Of a stretch of DNA of 32,000 bases, positions 19,616 to 29,861 are shown piece by piece. Numbering within the stretch: position 1 is the stretch's first letter; every line of letters begins with the position of its first letter. The stretch is from sequence record CAXNAD020000071.1; one strand, given 5' to 3'. Position numbers and translations under genes: made by a program. Under the pieces are notes generated by a model. It was not told where the DNA came from. It searched no databases and was given only the letters and a program-made list of their open reading frames with translations.

Positions 19616-20210
19616 TTCTTTATCTGTTTGGGTATCTCCTATTTCTAGTGTTTTGCAGACTTGTGAAGTTATATATGATTATATTCCTAGATTTTGTTAT
19701 CATCAAAAATTAATAATTGCGGGTAATTGTCGTATATGTTTAGTGGAGATTAATAATTCTCTTAAACCACAAGCTTCTTGTGCTTTACCCTTAATAGCTA
19801 ATATATTTATTTCTACTAATACTGCTTTAGTTAAAAAAGCTCGAGAAGCTGTAATAGAATTTATTTTATTAAATCATCCATTAGATTGTCCTATTTGTGA
19901 TCAAGGTGGTGAATGTGACTTGCAAGATCAAAGTTTAAATTTTGGTTCAGATCGTAGCCGTTTTTTTTTTTTTAAAACAACTATTTCGGATAAAATTTTA
20001 GGTCCTTTGGTTAAAACAGTTATAAGACGATGTATTTTATGTACAAGATGTATTCGTTATGCTATTAAAATTGGTGGTATTAAAGATATAGGAACTACTA
20101 ATCGTGGAGGTAAGTCTGAAATTGGTTTATACATCTCTAAAATTTTAGAGATGGAATTATCTGGTGGTATTATTGAGTTATGTCCTGTAGGATGGGTTTT
20201 ATCCTTATAA
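19599..20210 (+). CDS. nad11: NADH dehydrogenase 75-kDa subunit, N-terminal Fe-S domain only
   Basis: Cys ligand patterns are present: FCYH..L...GNCRICLVE......SC; HPLDCPICDQGGECDLQ; C.LCTRC.RY......ELCPVG. The ORF ends a few codons after CPVG, and no molybdopterin-like domain follows. Confidence 0.88.
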   Translation: MRIFINSLSVWVSPISSVLQTCEVIYDYIPRFCYHQKLIIAGNCRICLVEINNSLKPQASCALPLIANIFISTNTALVKKAREAVIEFILLNHPLDCPICDQGGECDLQDQSLNFGSDRSRFFFFKTTISDKILGPLVKTVIRRCILCTRCIRYAIKIGGIKDIGTTNRGGKSEIGLYISKILEMELSGGIIELCPVGWVLSL

Positions 20211-20214
20211 AAAT

Positions 20215-20577
20215 ATGTATTATTTTAATGAATATTATGCTATTTTAATTTTTTCTGGTATTAGTATTATTCTTGCTATTATTATTTTTGGAGCTTCTTA
20301 TGCTTTAGCTATTGTTAAGTCTGATAGTGAAAAATTATCTTCATATGAATGTGGTTTTGACCCTTATGAAGATGCTAGGAATGCTTTTGATGTTCGTTTT
20401 TATTTAGTAGCTATTTTATTTTTACTTTTTGATATTGAAACTGTGTTTTTATTTCCTTGGGCCCTTTCTCTATCACAGCTACCCTCTTTGGCTTATTGGT
20501 CTATATTAGACTTTTTATTTGAATTAGTTATTGGTTTTATTTATGCTTGGAAAATTGGTAGTTTAGATTGGGAATGA
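20215..20577 (+). CDS. nad3: NADH dehydrogenase subunit 3
   Basis: EKLSSYECGFDP...AR..FD.RFYLVAILFLLFD.E..FLFPW. Confidence 0.96.
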   Translation: MYYFNEYYAILIFSGISIILAIIIFGASYALAIVKSDSEKLSSYECGFDPYEDARNAFDVRFYLVAILFLLFDIETVFLFPWALSLSQLPSLAYWSILDFLFELVIGFIYAWKIGSLDWE

Positions 20578-20876
20578 GAGAAGTAGGTTTTGATTCAGAT
20601 TTTAGACGTCGTCAATTTTTTTCTAAATACGAATCTAGACGAAATATTTTAAAATCAATTCTTTATTCACAAAATTTAAACTATAAAATAAGATGGTGGG
20701 CTCAATTAAATTTAAATAAATTACCAAGATCTAGTAGTATTTGTAGGGTTAAAAATCGATGTATTCAAACATCACGGTCTAAATCAGTTTTATCTAATTA
20801 TAAATTATCACGATTACGTTTACGTCGTTTGGTTTCACGTGGATTATTTCCTGGTGTCCGTAAAGCTAGTTGGTAA
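20574..20876 (+). CDS. rps14: ribosomal protein S14
   Basis: LP..SS..R..NRC..T.R....L..Y.LSR...R.L...G..PGV.KASW. ATGA overlap with the nad3 stop. Confidence 0.92.
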   Translation: MREVGFDSDFRRRQFFSKYESRRNILKSILYSQNLNYKIRWWAQLNLNKLPRSSSICRVKNRCIQTSRSKSVLSNYKLSRLRLRRLVSRGLFPGVRKASW

Positions 20877-20914
20877 TAACAGTTTAATGATTTTATTTAA
20901 AGAAAAATATATAT

Positions 20915-22111
20915 ATGGGTTTAAAAAAAAGTGAATTTCAGTGTAAACTTCAACATTTTACTATTAATTTTGGTCCACAACATCCAGCAGCTCATGGTGT
21001 ACTCCGTTTAATTTTAGAATTAAAAGGAGAGGTTGTTAAAAGAGCTGATCCTCATATTGGTCTTCTTCATAGGGGAACTGAAAAATTAATTGAGTCTAAA
21101 ACTTATCTTCAAGCTTTACCTTATTTCGATCGTTTAGATTATGTTTCTATAATATGCCAAGAGCATACTTATGTTTTAGCTGTTGAAAAACTTTTACAAA
21201 CTTCTATCCCAATACGTGCTCAATACATTAGAGTATTGTTTGCAGAAATTACTAGAATTTTAAATCATTTACTAGCTGTTGGTTGTCATGCTATAGATGT
21301 AGGTGCTATAACTCCTTTTTTATGGGCATTTGAAGAACGAGAAAAATTGATAGAGTTTTATGAGAGAGTCAGTGGTGCTCGTATACATGCTAGTTTTTTT
21401 CGTCCAGGTGGTGTTAGCCAGGATCTTTGCTTAGGTTTATTGGATGATATTTATTTTTTTGCTACTCAATTTAGTGAACGTTTAGATGAAATGGAGGAAA
21501 TATTGACAAATAATCCAATTTGGAAACAACGTTTAGTTGATATCGGTATTGTTAAAGGAAAAGATGCTTTAGATTGGGGTTTTTCCGGTGTAATGCTTAG
21601 AGGTTCTGGTTTAATTTGGGATTTAAGAAAAAATCAACCTTATGAGGTTTATTCAGATTTAAATTTTAATATAGCTTTAGGAACAAATGGAGATTGTTAT
21701 GACCGTTATTTAATTAGAGTTGAGGAAATAAGACAATCTCTTCATTTAATTCATCAATGTTTAAATAAAATACCTAAAGGTTCTATTAAAGTTGAAGATG
21801 GTAAATTAAGTTCTCCCTCACGTGTACACATTAAGCAAAGTATGGAAGCTTTAATTCATCATTTTAAGTTATATACAGAAGGTTTTATTCCGCCTGCTGG
21901 AGAAACTTATACTGCTACTGAAGCACCTAAAGGTGAGTTTGGTGTTTATTTAATTTCAAAGGGTATTAATAAACCATATCGATGTAAAATTAAAGCTCCA
22001 GGTTTTGCTCATTTACAAGCATTAGATTTTATATCAAAATCTCATATGTTAGCTGATGTTGTTACAATTATTGGTACACAAGATATTGTTTTTGGAGAAG
22101 TAGATCGTTAA
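20915..22111 (+). CDS. nad7: NADH dehydrogenase subunit 7
   Basis: [37 protein letters not shown], and C-terminal GEVDR. Confidence 0.98.
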   Translation: MGLKKSEFQCKLQHFTINFGPQHPAAHGVLRLILELKGEVVKRADPHIGLLHRGTEKLIESKTYLQALPYFDRLDYVSIICQEHTYVLAVEKLLQTSIPIRAQYIRVLFAEITRILNHLLAVGCHAIDVGAITPFLWAFEEREKLIEFYERVSGARIHASFFRPGGVSQDLCLGLLDDIYFFATQFSERLDEMEEILTNNPIWKQRLVDIGIVKGKDALDWGFSGVMLRGSGLIWDLRKNQPYEVYSDLNFNIALGTNGDCYDRYLIRVEEIRQSLHLIHQCLNKIPKGSIKVEDGKLSSPSRVHIKQSMEALIHHFKLYTEGFIPPAGETYTATEAPKGEFGVYLISKGINKPYRCKIKAPGFAHLQALDFISKSHMLADVVTIIGTQDIVFGEVDR

Positions 22112-22121
22112 TTAAAAAACA

Positions 22122-22195
22122 CGAGAGATGACGCAGTTTGGTAGCGTGTCTGCTTTGGGAGCAGAAAGCCGTAGGTTCAAATCCTACTTTTTCGA
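22122..22195 (+). tRNA. trnP(ugg): tRNA-Pro, anticodon TGG
   Basis: Acceptor cgagaga/tttttcg (with G-U pairs), anticodon arm tctgc-ttTGGga-gcaga, T-arm gtagg-ttcaaat-cctac. Confidence 0.87.
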
Positions 22196-22216
22196 TTACC
22201 AATATTTTATTTTTTA

Positions 22217-22245
22217 TTGATTAAGTAATCTCAATATAAGAGATT
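22217..22245 (+). promoter_or_regulatory. conserved intergenic motif, copy 2 (attgattaAGTAATCtCAATATAAGagat)
   Basis: It lies about 55 nt upstream of the rns 5' end and shares the core with 5532-5560. An 8-bp hairpin (aaacttta/taaagttt, 22273-22298) follows it. Confidence 0.3.
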
Positions 22246-22299
22246 TAATCTAATTTTTACAGAGATTTTACCAAACTTTATCTAATATAGTAAAGTTTA

Positions 22300-23835
22300 T
22301 TAATAATGAGTATGATCCTGGCTCAGGATGAAGGCTTTGAGTTTGCTTTAACACATGCGAGTCGAATGGTTAGAATATAATTTTTATTCCATGGCGTACG
22401 GGTGAGTAATAGGCGGGAATTTACCTTATACTTCGGGATAATTCTATCTCTGCGGAGAGAAGGCAACAGAAAAATACCGAATCTTGATAGTTAAATATCG
22501 TTAAAGGATAATCCGGTTAAAGATAAGCCCGTCGAGTATTAGGTAGTTGGTGGATTAAAAGCTTACCAAGCCTATAATGCTTAGCTGGTCTGAAAGGACG
22601 ATCAGCCACACTGGGACTGAGACAAGGCCCAGGTTTTTAAGGAAGCCAGCAGTGGGGAATCTTGGACAATGAGCGAAAGCTTGATCCAGCAAAACTTAGT
22701 GAGGGAGAGAAGGCTGATGTTGTAAACCTCTTTTCTAGTTGAGGATGATGACAGTAAATTAGGAATAAGTCCCGACTAACTTCGTGCCAGCAGTCGCGGT
22801 AATACGGAGGGGGCGAGCCTTATCCGGAATAACTAGGCGTAAAGGGTCCGTAGACTGTTTTAAGAAAGTTCTAAGTTAAATATTAAGGCTATACCTTAAA
22901 AAGGCTTTGAAAACAAGAAAACTTGAGTTCGATAAAGGAAAATCGAATTTCCCAATGAGGGTTAAAATTCGTTGAAGTGGGAAGGAAGATCAGAGGCGAA
23001 GGCGATTTTCTGGCTCGATACTGACGTTGAGGGACGAAGGCATGGGGAGCAAACAGGATTAGGAACCCTGGTAGTCCATGCTGTAAACGATGAGTGCTAA
23101 CTCTTAGGATAACTTAGGGGTTAAGCTAAGGCATTAAGCACTCCGCCTGAAGAGTACGAGCGCAAGCTTGAAAATCAAAGGAATTGGCGGGGGCTCAAAC
23201 AAGTGGTGGAGCATGTGGTTTAATGCGATGTTACGCGCGTAACCTTACCAGTTCTTGTGATTTTGTCAATTTTCCGGGTAATCGGTTAATTTTGGAAATT
23301 TCAGGTGTTGCATGGCCGTCGTCAGCTCCGTGTCGTGAGATGTTAGGTTCACTCCTAAAACGAGCGTAACCCCCATCCATATCTGGTCAATGACTTTATG
23401 GAAACTGCCGACTATACGTTTGGAGGAAGGCGGGGATGAGGTCAGGTCTTCATGACCCTTATGAACTGGGCTACACACGTGCTACAATGGTAAAGACAAC
23501 GAGTTGCAATGGTGTAAGCCGGAGCCAATCTATAAACTTTATCTTAGTTCGGATTGGGGGCTGCAATTCGCCCCCATGAAGCTGGAATCACTAGTAATCG
23601 CGGATCAGGATGCCGCGGTGAATAAGTCACTGAGCCTTGCACATACTGCCCGTCACATCCTGGAAGTTTATTTGGCTTAAAGATTGTGGTTTATTTTTAA
23701 TATAAATCAAAAATATAATTAAAGAGAGATTTTTTTATTCTTGATTTTTAATAAAGTAGATCCTTTTAAGGGAGAGATAGGCAACTGGGATGAAGTCGTA
23801 ACAAGGTAGTCGTAGGGGAACCTGCGTCTGGAGTT
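22300..23835 (+). rRNA. rns: small-subunit (16S-like) rRNA; ends approximate
   Basis: The 5' end tgagtatgatcctggctcag...acacatgcgagtcgaa, the gtgccagcagtcgcggtaatac motif, and the 3' end gaagtcgtaacaaggtagtcgtaggggaacctgcg are all present. No CCUCC anti-SD tail. Confidence 0.95.
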
Positions 23836-23861
23836 TTTTTTTATTTATTTAGAAATATTTT

Positions 23862-23954
23862 TTTCTGTTTAGACCCATACCCGAAATCATACCGAACTCG
23901 AGAGTTATTGTCTGAACTGCCAAACATACTGAGAAATCTTGGGAACCATGGCAA
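23862..23954 (+). rRNA. rrn5: 5S-like rRNA (divergent; ends uncertain)
   Basis: cccatacccgaaatcataccgaactcgagag resembles bacterial CCCACCUGACCCCAUGCCGAACUCAGAAG. The helix II pair gtttagac (23867-74) / gtctgaac (23910-17) and a downstream gaga...gggaac are present. Helix I is not evident. Confidence 0.6.
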
Positions 23955-24026
23955 GGGGATATATGTCAGTGGTAGACTATATGCTTTGCAAGCATAAAGT
24001 CGGCGGTTCGATCCCGTCTATCTCCA
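23955..24026 (+). tRNA. trnA(ugc): tRNA-Ala, anticodon TGC
   Basis: Acceptor ggggata/tatctcc with the G3-U70 identity pair; anticodon arm tatgc-ttTGCaa-gcata. Confidence 0.92.
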
Positions 24027-24037
24027 AAACTATTTTA

Positions 24038-24121
24038 GGATAAATGACTGAGTGGTCTAAGGTATTAGTTTTGAAAACTAACGCAGTAAAACTGCCGTGG
24101 GTTCGAATCCTACTTTATCCT
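24038..24121 (+). tRNA. trnS(uga): tRNA-Ser, anticodon TGA
   Basis: Acceptor ggataaa/tttatcc, anticodon arm ttagt-ttTGAaa-actaa, long variable arm, T-arm gtggg-ttcgaat-cctac. Confidence 0.9.
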
Positions 24122-24130
24122 TCTTTTTAT

Positions 24131-24218
24131 AGAGGTGTGGCTGAGAGGTTTAAAGCTTTGATTTGCTAAATCAATTTACACCCAAAGTGTATCGTAGGTT
24201 CGAATCCTATCATCTCTT
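24131..24218 (+). tRNA. trnS(gcu): tRNA-Ser, anticodon GCT
   Basis: Acceptor agaggtg/catctct, anticodon arm ttgat-ttGCTaa-atcaa, long variable arm, T-arm gtagg-ttcgaat-cctat. Confidence 0.88.
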
Positions 24219-24235
24219 TATTTTTTAATAAATGT

Positions 24236-24307
24236 AGGAGTATAACTCAGAGGTAGAGTGTGTGCCTTACAAGCATGAAGACAGCGGTTCGATACCGTTT
24301 ATTCCTA
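24236..24307 (+). tRNA. trnV(uac): tRNA-Val, anticodon TAC
   Basis: Acceptor aggagta/tattcct, anticodon loop ctTACaa, T-arm agcgg-ttcgata-ccgtt. Confidence 0.87.
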
Positions 24308-26986
<2,679 letters not shown>

Positions 26987-27063
26987 TATGGGGTACATAG
27001 TTGTTCTTTAAAAAGAAAGTAAGTCGTTCTTACTTACCCCAATAACCTTTTAATATTACTAAT

Positions 27064-27138
27064 AGCGTTGTGGAGCAGATTGGTTAGCTTATTAGGCTCA
27101 TGCCCTAAAGGTCGTAGGTTCAAATCCTACTGACGCTA
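27064..27138 (+). tRNA. trnM(cau): tRNA-Met, anticodon CAT, initiator-like
   Basis: Acceptor agcgttg/tgacgct. It resembles bacterial tRNA-fMet (tggagcag..., ggctcat..., aaggtcgtaggttcaaatcc). The anticodon loop ctCATgc has an unusual G37 C38. Confidence 0.8.
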
Positions 27139-27178
27139 AACAAATAGCTTTTTATTTAGTATCGGATCTTCTGCGATA

Positions 27179-27204
27179 GGGGGGAGGGTTAAGGGAGGGG
27201 GGGG
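27179..27204 (+). repeat. G-rich homopurine mirror repeat, G6-A-G3-TTAA-G3-A-G8
   Basis: Read directly from the sequence: ggggggagggttaagggagggggggg. It has four G-tracts of at least 3 separated by loops of 1, 4 and 1 nt. It lies in the trnM-trnL spacer and ends 4 nt before trnL(uaa). Confidence 0.9.
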
Positions 27205-27208
27205 TTAA

Positions 27209-27291
27209 ACAATCTTGGTGGAATCGGTAGACACGTCAGACTTAAAATCTGTTTCTAATTTAGAGTATCGGTTCAAGTCCGTTAGATTGTA
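27209..27291 (+). tRNA. trnL(uaa): tRNA-Leu, anticodon TAA
   Basis: Acceptor acaatct/agattgt (perfect), anticodon loop ctTAAaa, long variable arm, T-loop ttcaagt. Confidence 0.88.
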
Positions 27292-27296
27292 TTAAA

Positions 27297-27369
27297 AGCA
27301 GGATAGTTCAGATGCTAGAACAATGGGCTCATAATCCATATGCCGGGGGTTGGAATCCCTCTCTTGCTA
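27297..27369 (+). tRNA. trnM(cau): tRNA with anticodon CAT (elongator Met or lysidine-Ile type, undetermined)
   Basis: Acceptor agcagga/tcttgct, anticodon arm atggg-ctCATaa-tccat. D-loop agatgcta (C at position 19) and T-loop ttggaat (G at position 56). Confidence 0.8.
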
Positions 27370-27378
27370 TTTTTTTCT

Positions 27379-27453
27379 GGTAGTTATAACTCAGTTGGTT
27401 AGAGTATCAGGTTGTGGCTCTGAAAGTCGGGAGTTCAAATCTCCTTTTCTACC
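27379..27453 (+). tRNA. trnH(gug): tRNA-His, anticodon GTG, with genomically encoded G-1
   Basis: Anticodon loop ttGTGgc, T-arm gggag-ttcaaat-ctcct. G-1 (27379) lies opposite C73 (27453). The acceptor has two U-U mismatches (5-68 and 6-67). Confidence 0.82.
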
Positions 27454-27469
27454 CTTAATTTAATATAAT

Positions 27470-27540
27470 GACTTGGTAGCATAATGGTAATGTTTTGGTT
27501 TGCAAATCCAATAATAGGGGTTCAAGTCCCCTCCTAGTCT
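27470..27540 (+). tRNA. trnC(gca): tRNA-Cys, anticodon GCA
   Basis: Acceptor gacttgg/cctagtc (one U-U mismatch), anticodon loop ttGCAaa, T-arm agggg-ttcaagt-cccct. Confidence 0.82.
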
Positions 27541-27547
27541 ATTCTAT

Positions 27548-27620
27548 TCCTTAATAGCTCATTAGGTAGAGCATATGGCTGTTAACCATAGGGTGATAGG
27601 TTCAAGTCCTATTTAAGGAG
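27548..27620 (+). tRNA. trnN(guu): tRNA-Asn, anticodon GTT
   Basis: Acceptor tccttaa/ttaagga (perfect), anticodon arm tatgg-ctGTTaa-ccata, T-arm atagg-ttcaagt-cctat. Confidence 0.9.
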
Positions 27621-27636
27621 TTTACCTATTTAATTA

Positions 27637-27708
27637 GTCCAGGTAGCTCAGAGGTAGAGCGAAAGACTGAAAATCTTTAGGTCAGTGGTTCAAACCCGCT
27701 TCCGGACA
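27637..27708 (+). tRNA. trnF(gaa): tRNA-Phe, anticodon GAA
   Basis: Acceptor gtccagg/tccggac (one A-C mismatch), anticodon arm aaaga-ctGAAaa-tcttt, T-arm agtgg-ttcaaac-ccgct. Confidence 0.87.
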
Positions 27709-27711
27709 ATA

Positions 27712-28089
27712 ATGAAATCTCTTTCAGATATATTTACTCGTATTAGAAATGGCCAAATAGTATATAAAACATTTATTATTATACCTTCGGTTAATATTTG
27801 TTTAAAAGTTTTAAATATTATATGGGATGAAGGTTTTATTCAGGGTTATTCTCGTAGTAAAAATAACGAAATTTATATTATACTACGTTATATTAATGGT
27901 AGACCCGCTATTCGTCAGCTTACTGCTGTATCTCGTCCAAGTCAAAGAATTTATATCTCATCTTTGGATTTATGTCGTTTAAAGCCTAATTTGGGTCTTT
28001 TAATTTTATCAACCCCTAAAGGTATTATGAATATGGAAGATGCTATTTATCAGACTCAAGGTGGTGAAGTACTATGTTATATCGTATGA
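27712..28089 (+). CDS. rps8: ribosomal protein S8
   Basis: The N-terminus LSDIFTRIRNGQ is an S8 hallmark; the C-terminus is ST.KGIM....A....GGEVLCY. The ATG at 27712 lies just after trnF, whereas the track start at 27685 reads through the tRNA. Confidence 0.92.
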   Translation: MKSLSDIFTRIRNGQIVYKTFIIIPSVNICLKVLNIIWDEGFIQGYSRSKNNEIYIILRYINGRPAIRQLTAVSRPSQRIYISSLDLCRLKPNLGLLILSTPKGIMNMEDAIYQTQGGEVLCYIV

Positions 28090-28565
28090 TAATTAGATTA
28101 CCTCCAGGTGTTTATTTTATTAATCAAAATGGAAAAACAATTTTAAAAGGACCACAAGGTAATTTAATTTTAAAATTAAATTTTAAAGCTATTCAAAAGA
28201 AAAATGTTCTTTTTATTATAGTTTCTATTACTAATAAAGAATATTGTGAGTTGATTCAAGCTTTATTAGGGGTTGGTTTATCTTATTATAAAGAACTTTA
28301 TTTAGAGGGGGTTGGTTATCGTGTAATTCAAAAAGAAAATACTTTAATTTTCGAATTAGGTTATAGCCATCCAATTTCTATTTTTATTCCTTCGAAAATT
28401 AAAGTAAAATGTGTAAAAAATAAACTTTTTCTTAAATCTTGTGATTTACAGTATTTAAATAGGTTTTGTTCTTATTTGCGTAAATTTCGTTTTCCTGATC
28501 CTTATAAGGGTAAAGGTATTTTATATGTTGGAGAAAAATTAATTAGAAAAGAAGGAAAGATTTAG
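28074..28565 (+). CDS. rpl6: ribosomal protein L6
   Basis: In spc-operon order after rps8, with an L6-like pattern (..G.KG......L., LEGVGYRV......L...LGYSHP, PDPYKGKGI.Y..E....K.GK). An alternative start at 28086 forms an ATGA overlap with the rps8 stop. Confidence 0.88.
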   Translation: MLYRMIIRLPPGVYFINQNGKTILKGPQGNLILKLNFKAIQKKNVLFIIVSITNKEYCELIQALLGVGLSYYKELYLEGVGYRVIQKENTLIFELGYSHPISIFIPSKIKVKCVKNKLFLKSCDLQYLNRFCSYLRKFRFPDPYKGKGILYVGEKLIRKEGKI

Positions 28566-28571
28566 TTATTT

Positions 28572-29099
28572 ATGAAAACCAAATTTATTAAACATAAATC
28601 TTTATTTCAATATTTGATTAAAAAAAAAGCTTATATAGGTCCACCTTTACCATATTTAGATTGTTCTTTATATCCATTTTTACATGGTAAAATAAATCAT
28701 TTTTCTATTTATGACTTACAACAAAGTCTATTCATTTTAATCCAAGTTTTAAAGCTAGTTGAAAAATTAATTAGTGATGGTGGTAAAATTCTTTTTGTTG
28801 GTCCACCTAAAAAGTTTATAAAATCCATACATTATATTCCAGGTATTTCGGTATGTTCTAAGTGTGTATCGGATATTCGTTCATCAACTAATATAGATTT
28901 AATTATTATTTATAATGTAAATTCTAAAATACTCTATGAGGCTAAACAAAAAGGGGTTCCTATTGTAGGATTTGGTGGTTTAAATTTTAAATACGTAGAT
29001 TATCCAGTTAGTTTAAATTTTAATGATAAAAATTTATTTAAGTGGCATATATACCTATTAGTACAGGCAATTATAAGGGGCTTTAATATTCGTTTTTAA
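28572..29099 (+). CDS. rps2: ribosomal protein S2 (short form)
   Basis: S2-like core: FSIYDLQQSL..........DGGKILFVGP.K, plus a ...KGVPIVGF......YVDYP...N.. region. Confidence 0.8.
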   Translation: MKTKFIKHKSLFQYLIKKKAYIGPPLPYLDCSLYPFLHGKINHFSIYDLQQSLFILIQVLKLVEKLISDGGKILFVGPPKKFIKSIHYIPGISVCSKCVSDIRSSTNIDLIIIYNVNSKILYEAKQKGVPIVGFGGLNFKYVDYPVSLNFNDKNLFKWHIYLLVQAIIRGFNIRF

Positions 29100-29126
29100 A
29101 TGTTATTTTGATGTTATTAATAATAT

Positions 29127-29846
29127 ATGAGATTAAAACCTAAATATAAATCTTGTATTTGGACTAAAACTGATATTTGGGGAGATTTATTAAATAAAAG
29201 AAAATTTTTGCGTCTTAAATGGGTTAAGACTTTTCGTATTTTAAAAGGACAAAAACGTCGTCGTAGAAGGAGGTTATATAAAGATTATAACTTTATAAAA
29301 ACACGAAATAGATCAAATATTATTTTTAAATACCGAAAATGGGCTTTCCGTAATTATATAATATCTAATTTTTGTATAAAACGTTTTTATGGAGACCTTA
29401 AAGATAAATCATTTAGATTATTATGTAAAAAGATATGGAAATATCCATCTCCGTATTATTCTTTAATTCAATCTTTAGAAAGTAGGTTGGATACTACTCT
29501 TTTTCGTTTAGGTCTTTTCCCAACTATTTCAGCTAGTTCTCAATCAATTAAGCATGGAATAGTTAGTGTTAACCATTGTAAAATAACTTCTTCATCTTAT
29601 CGTGTGAAACCAGGAGATTTAATTGAAATTATACCAAATTATCGTAAAATTGTTAAGTATAAAATTGGTCTTTTATATAGTAAAAGATTTCCTCGCTGGA
29701 AAATTAGTAATACTTTATCTTGGGTTGAAACTGATTACCCAAGTATAAGCTTTTTAATTTTAGATATCGTTAATCCTAAAGAAGTTTTTTACCCTTTTCG
29801 TTTAAATTTAGATGATATTTTGTGGTCTTCTCGGTTTTATTTCTAA
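29127..29846 (+). CDS. rps4: ribosomal protein S4
   Basis: S4 RNA-binding domain: LESRLDTTLFRLGLFPTISASSQSIKHG.V.VN......SY.VKPGD.IE. Confidence 0.9.
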   Translation: MRLKPKYKSCIWTKTDIWGDLLNKRKFLRLKWVKTFRILKGQKRRRRRRLYKDYNFIKTRNRSNIIFKYRKWAFRNYIISNFCIKRFYGDLKDKSFRLLCKKIWKYPSPYYSLIQSLESRLDTTLFRLGLFPTISASSQSIKHGIVSVNHCKITSSSYRVKPGDLIEIIPNYRKIVKYKIGLLYSKRFPRWKISNTLSWVETDYPSISFLILDIVNPKEVFYPFRLNLDDILWSSRFYF

Positions 29847-29861
29847 TTCAAGTTTTAAAAA

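Noticed and set aside
23184-23478. ORFs of 61 and 70 aa within rns.
   Set aside because: They lie inside universally conserved SSU rRNA sequence and are spurious.
27685-27711. An upstream non-ATG start for rps8 in the ORF track. The same applies to the TTG starts at 11 (rps12), 837 (nad4L), 12775 (cob), 15051 (nad4) and 20568 (rps14).
   Set aside because: Each extension overlaps a tRNA or the preceding gene, and a canonical ATG lies at the conserved N-terminus.
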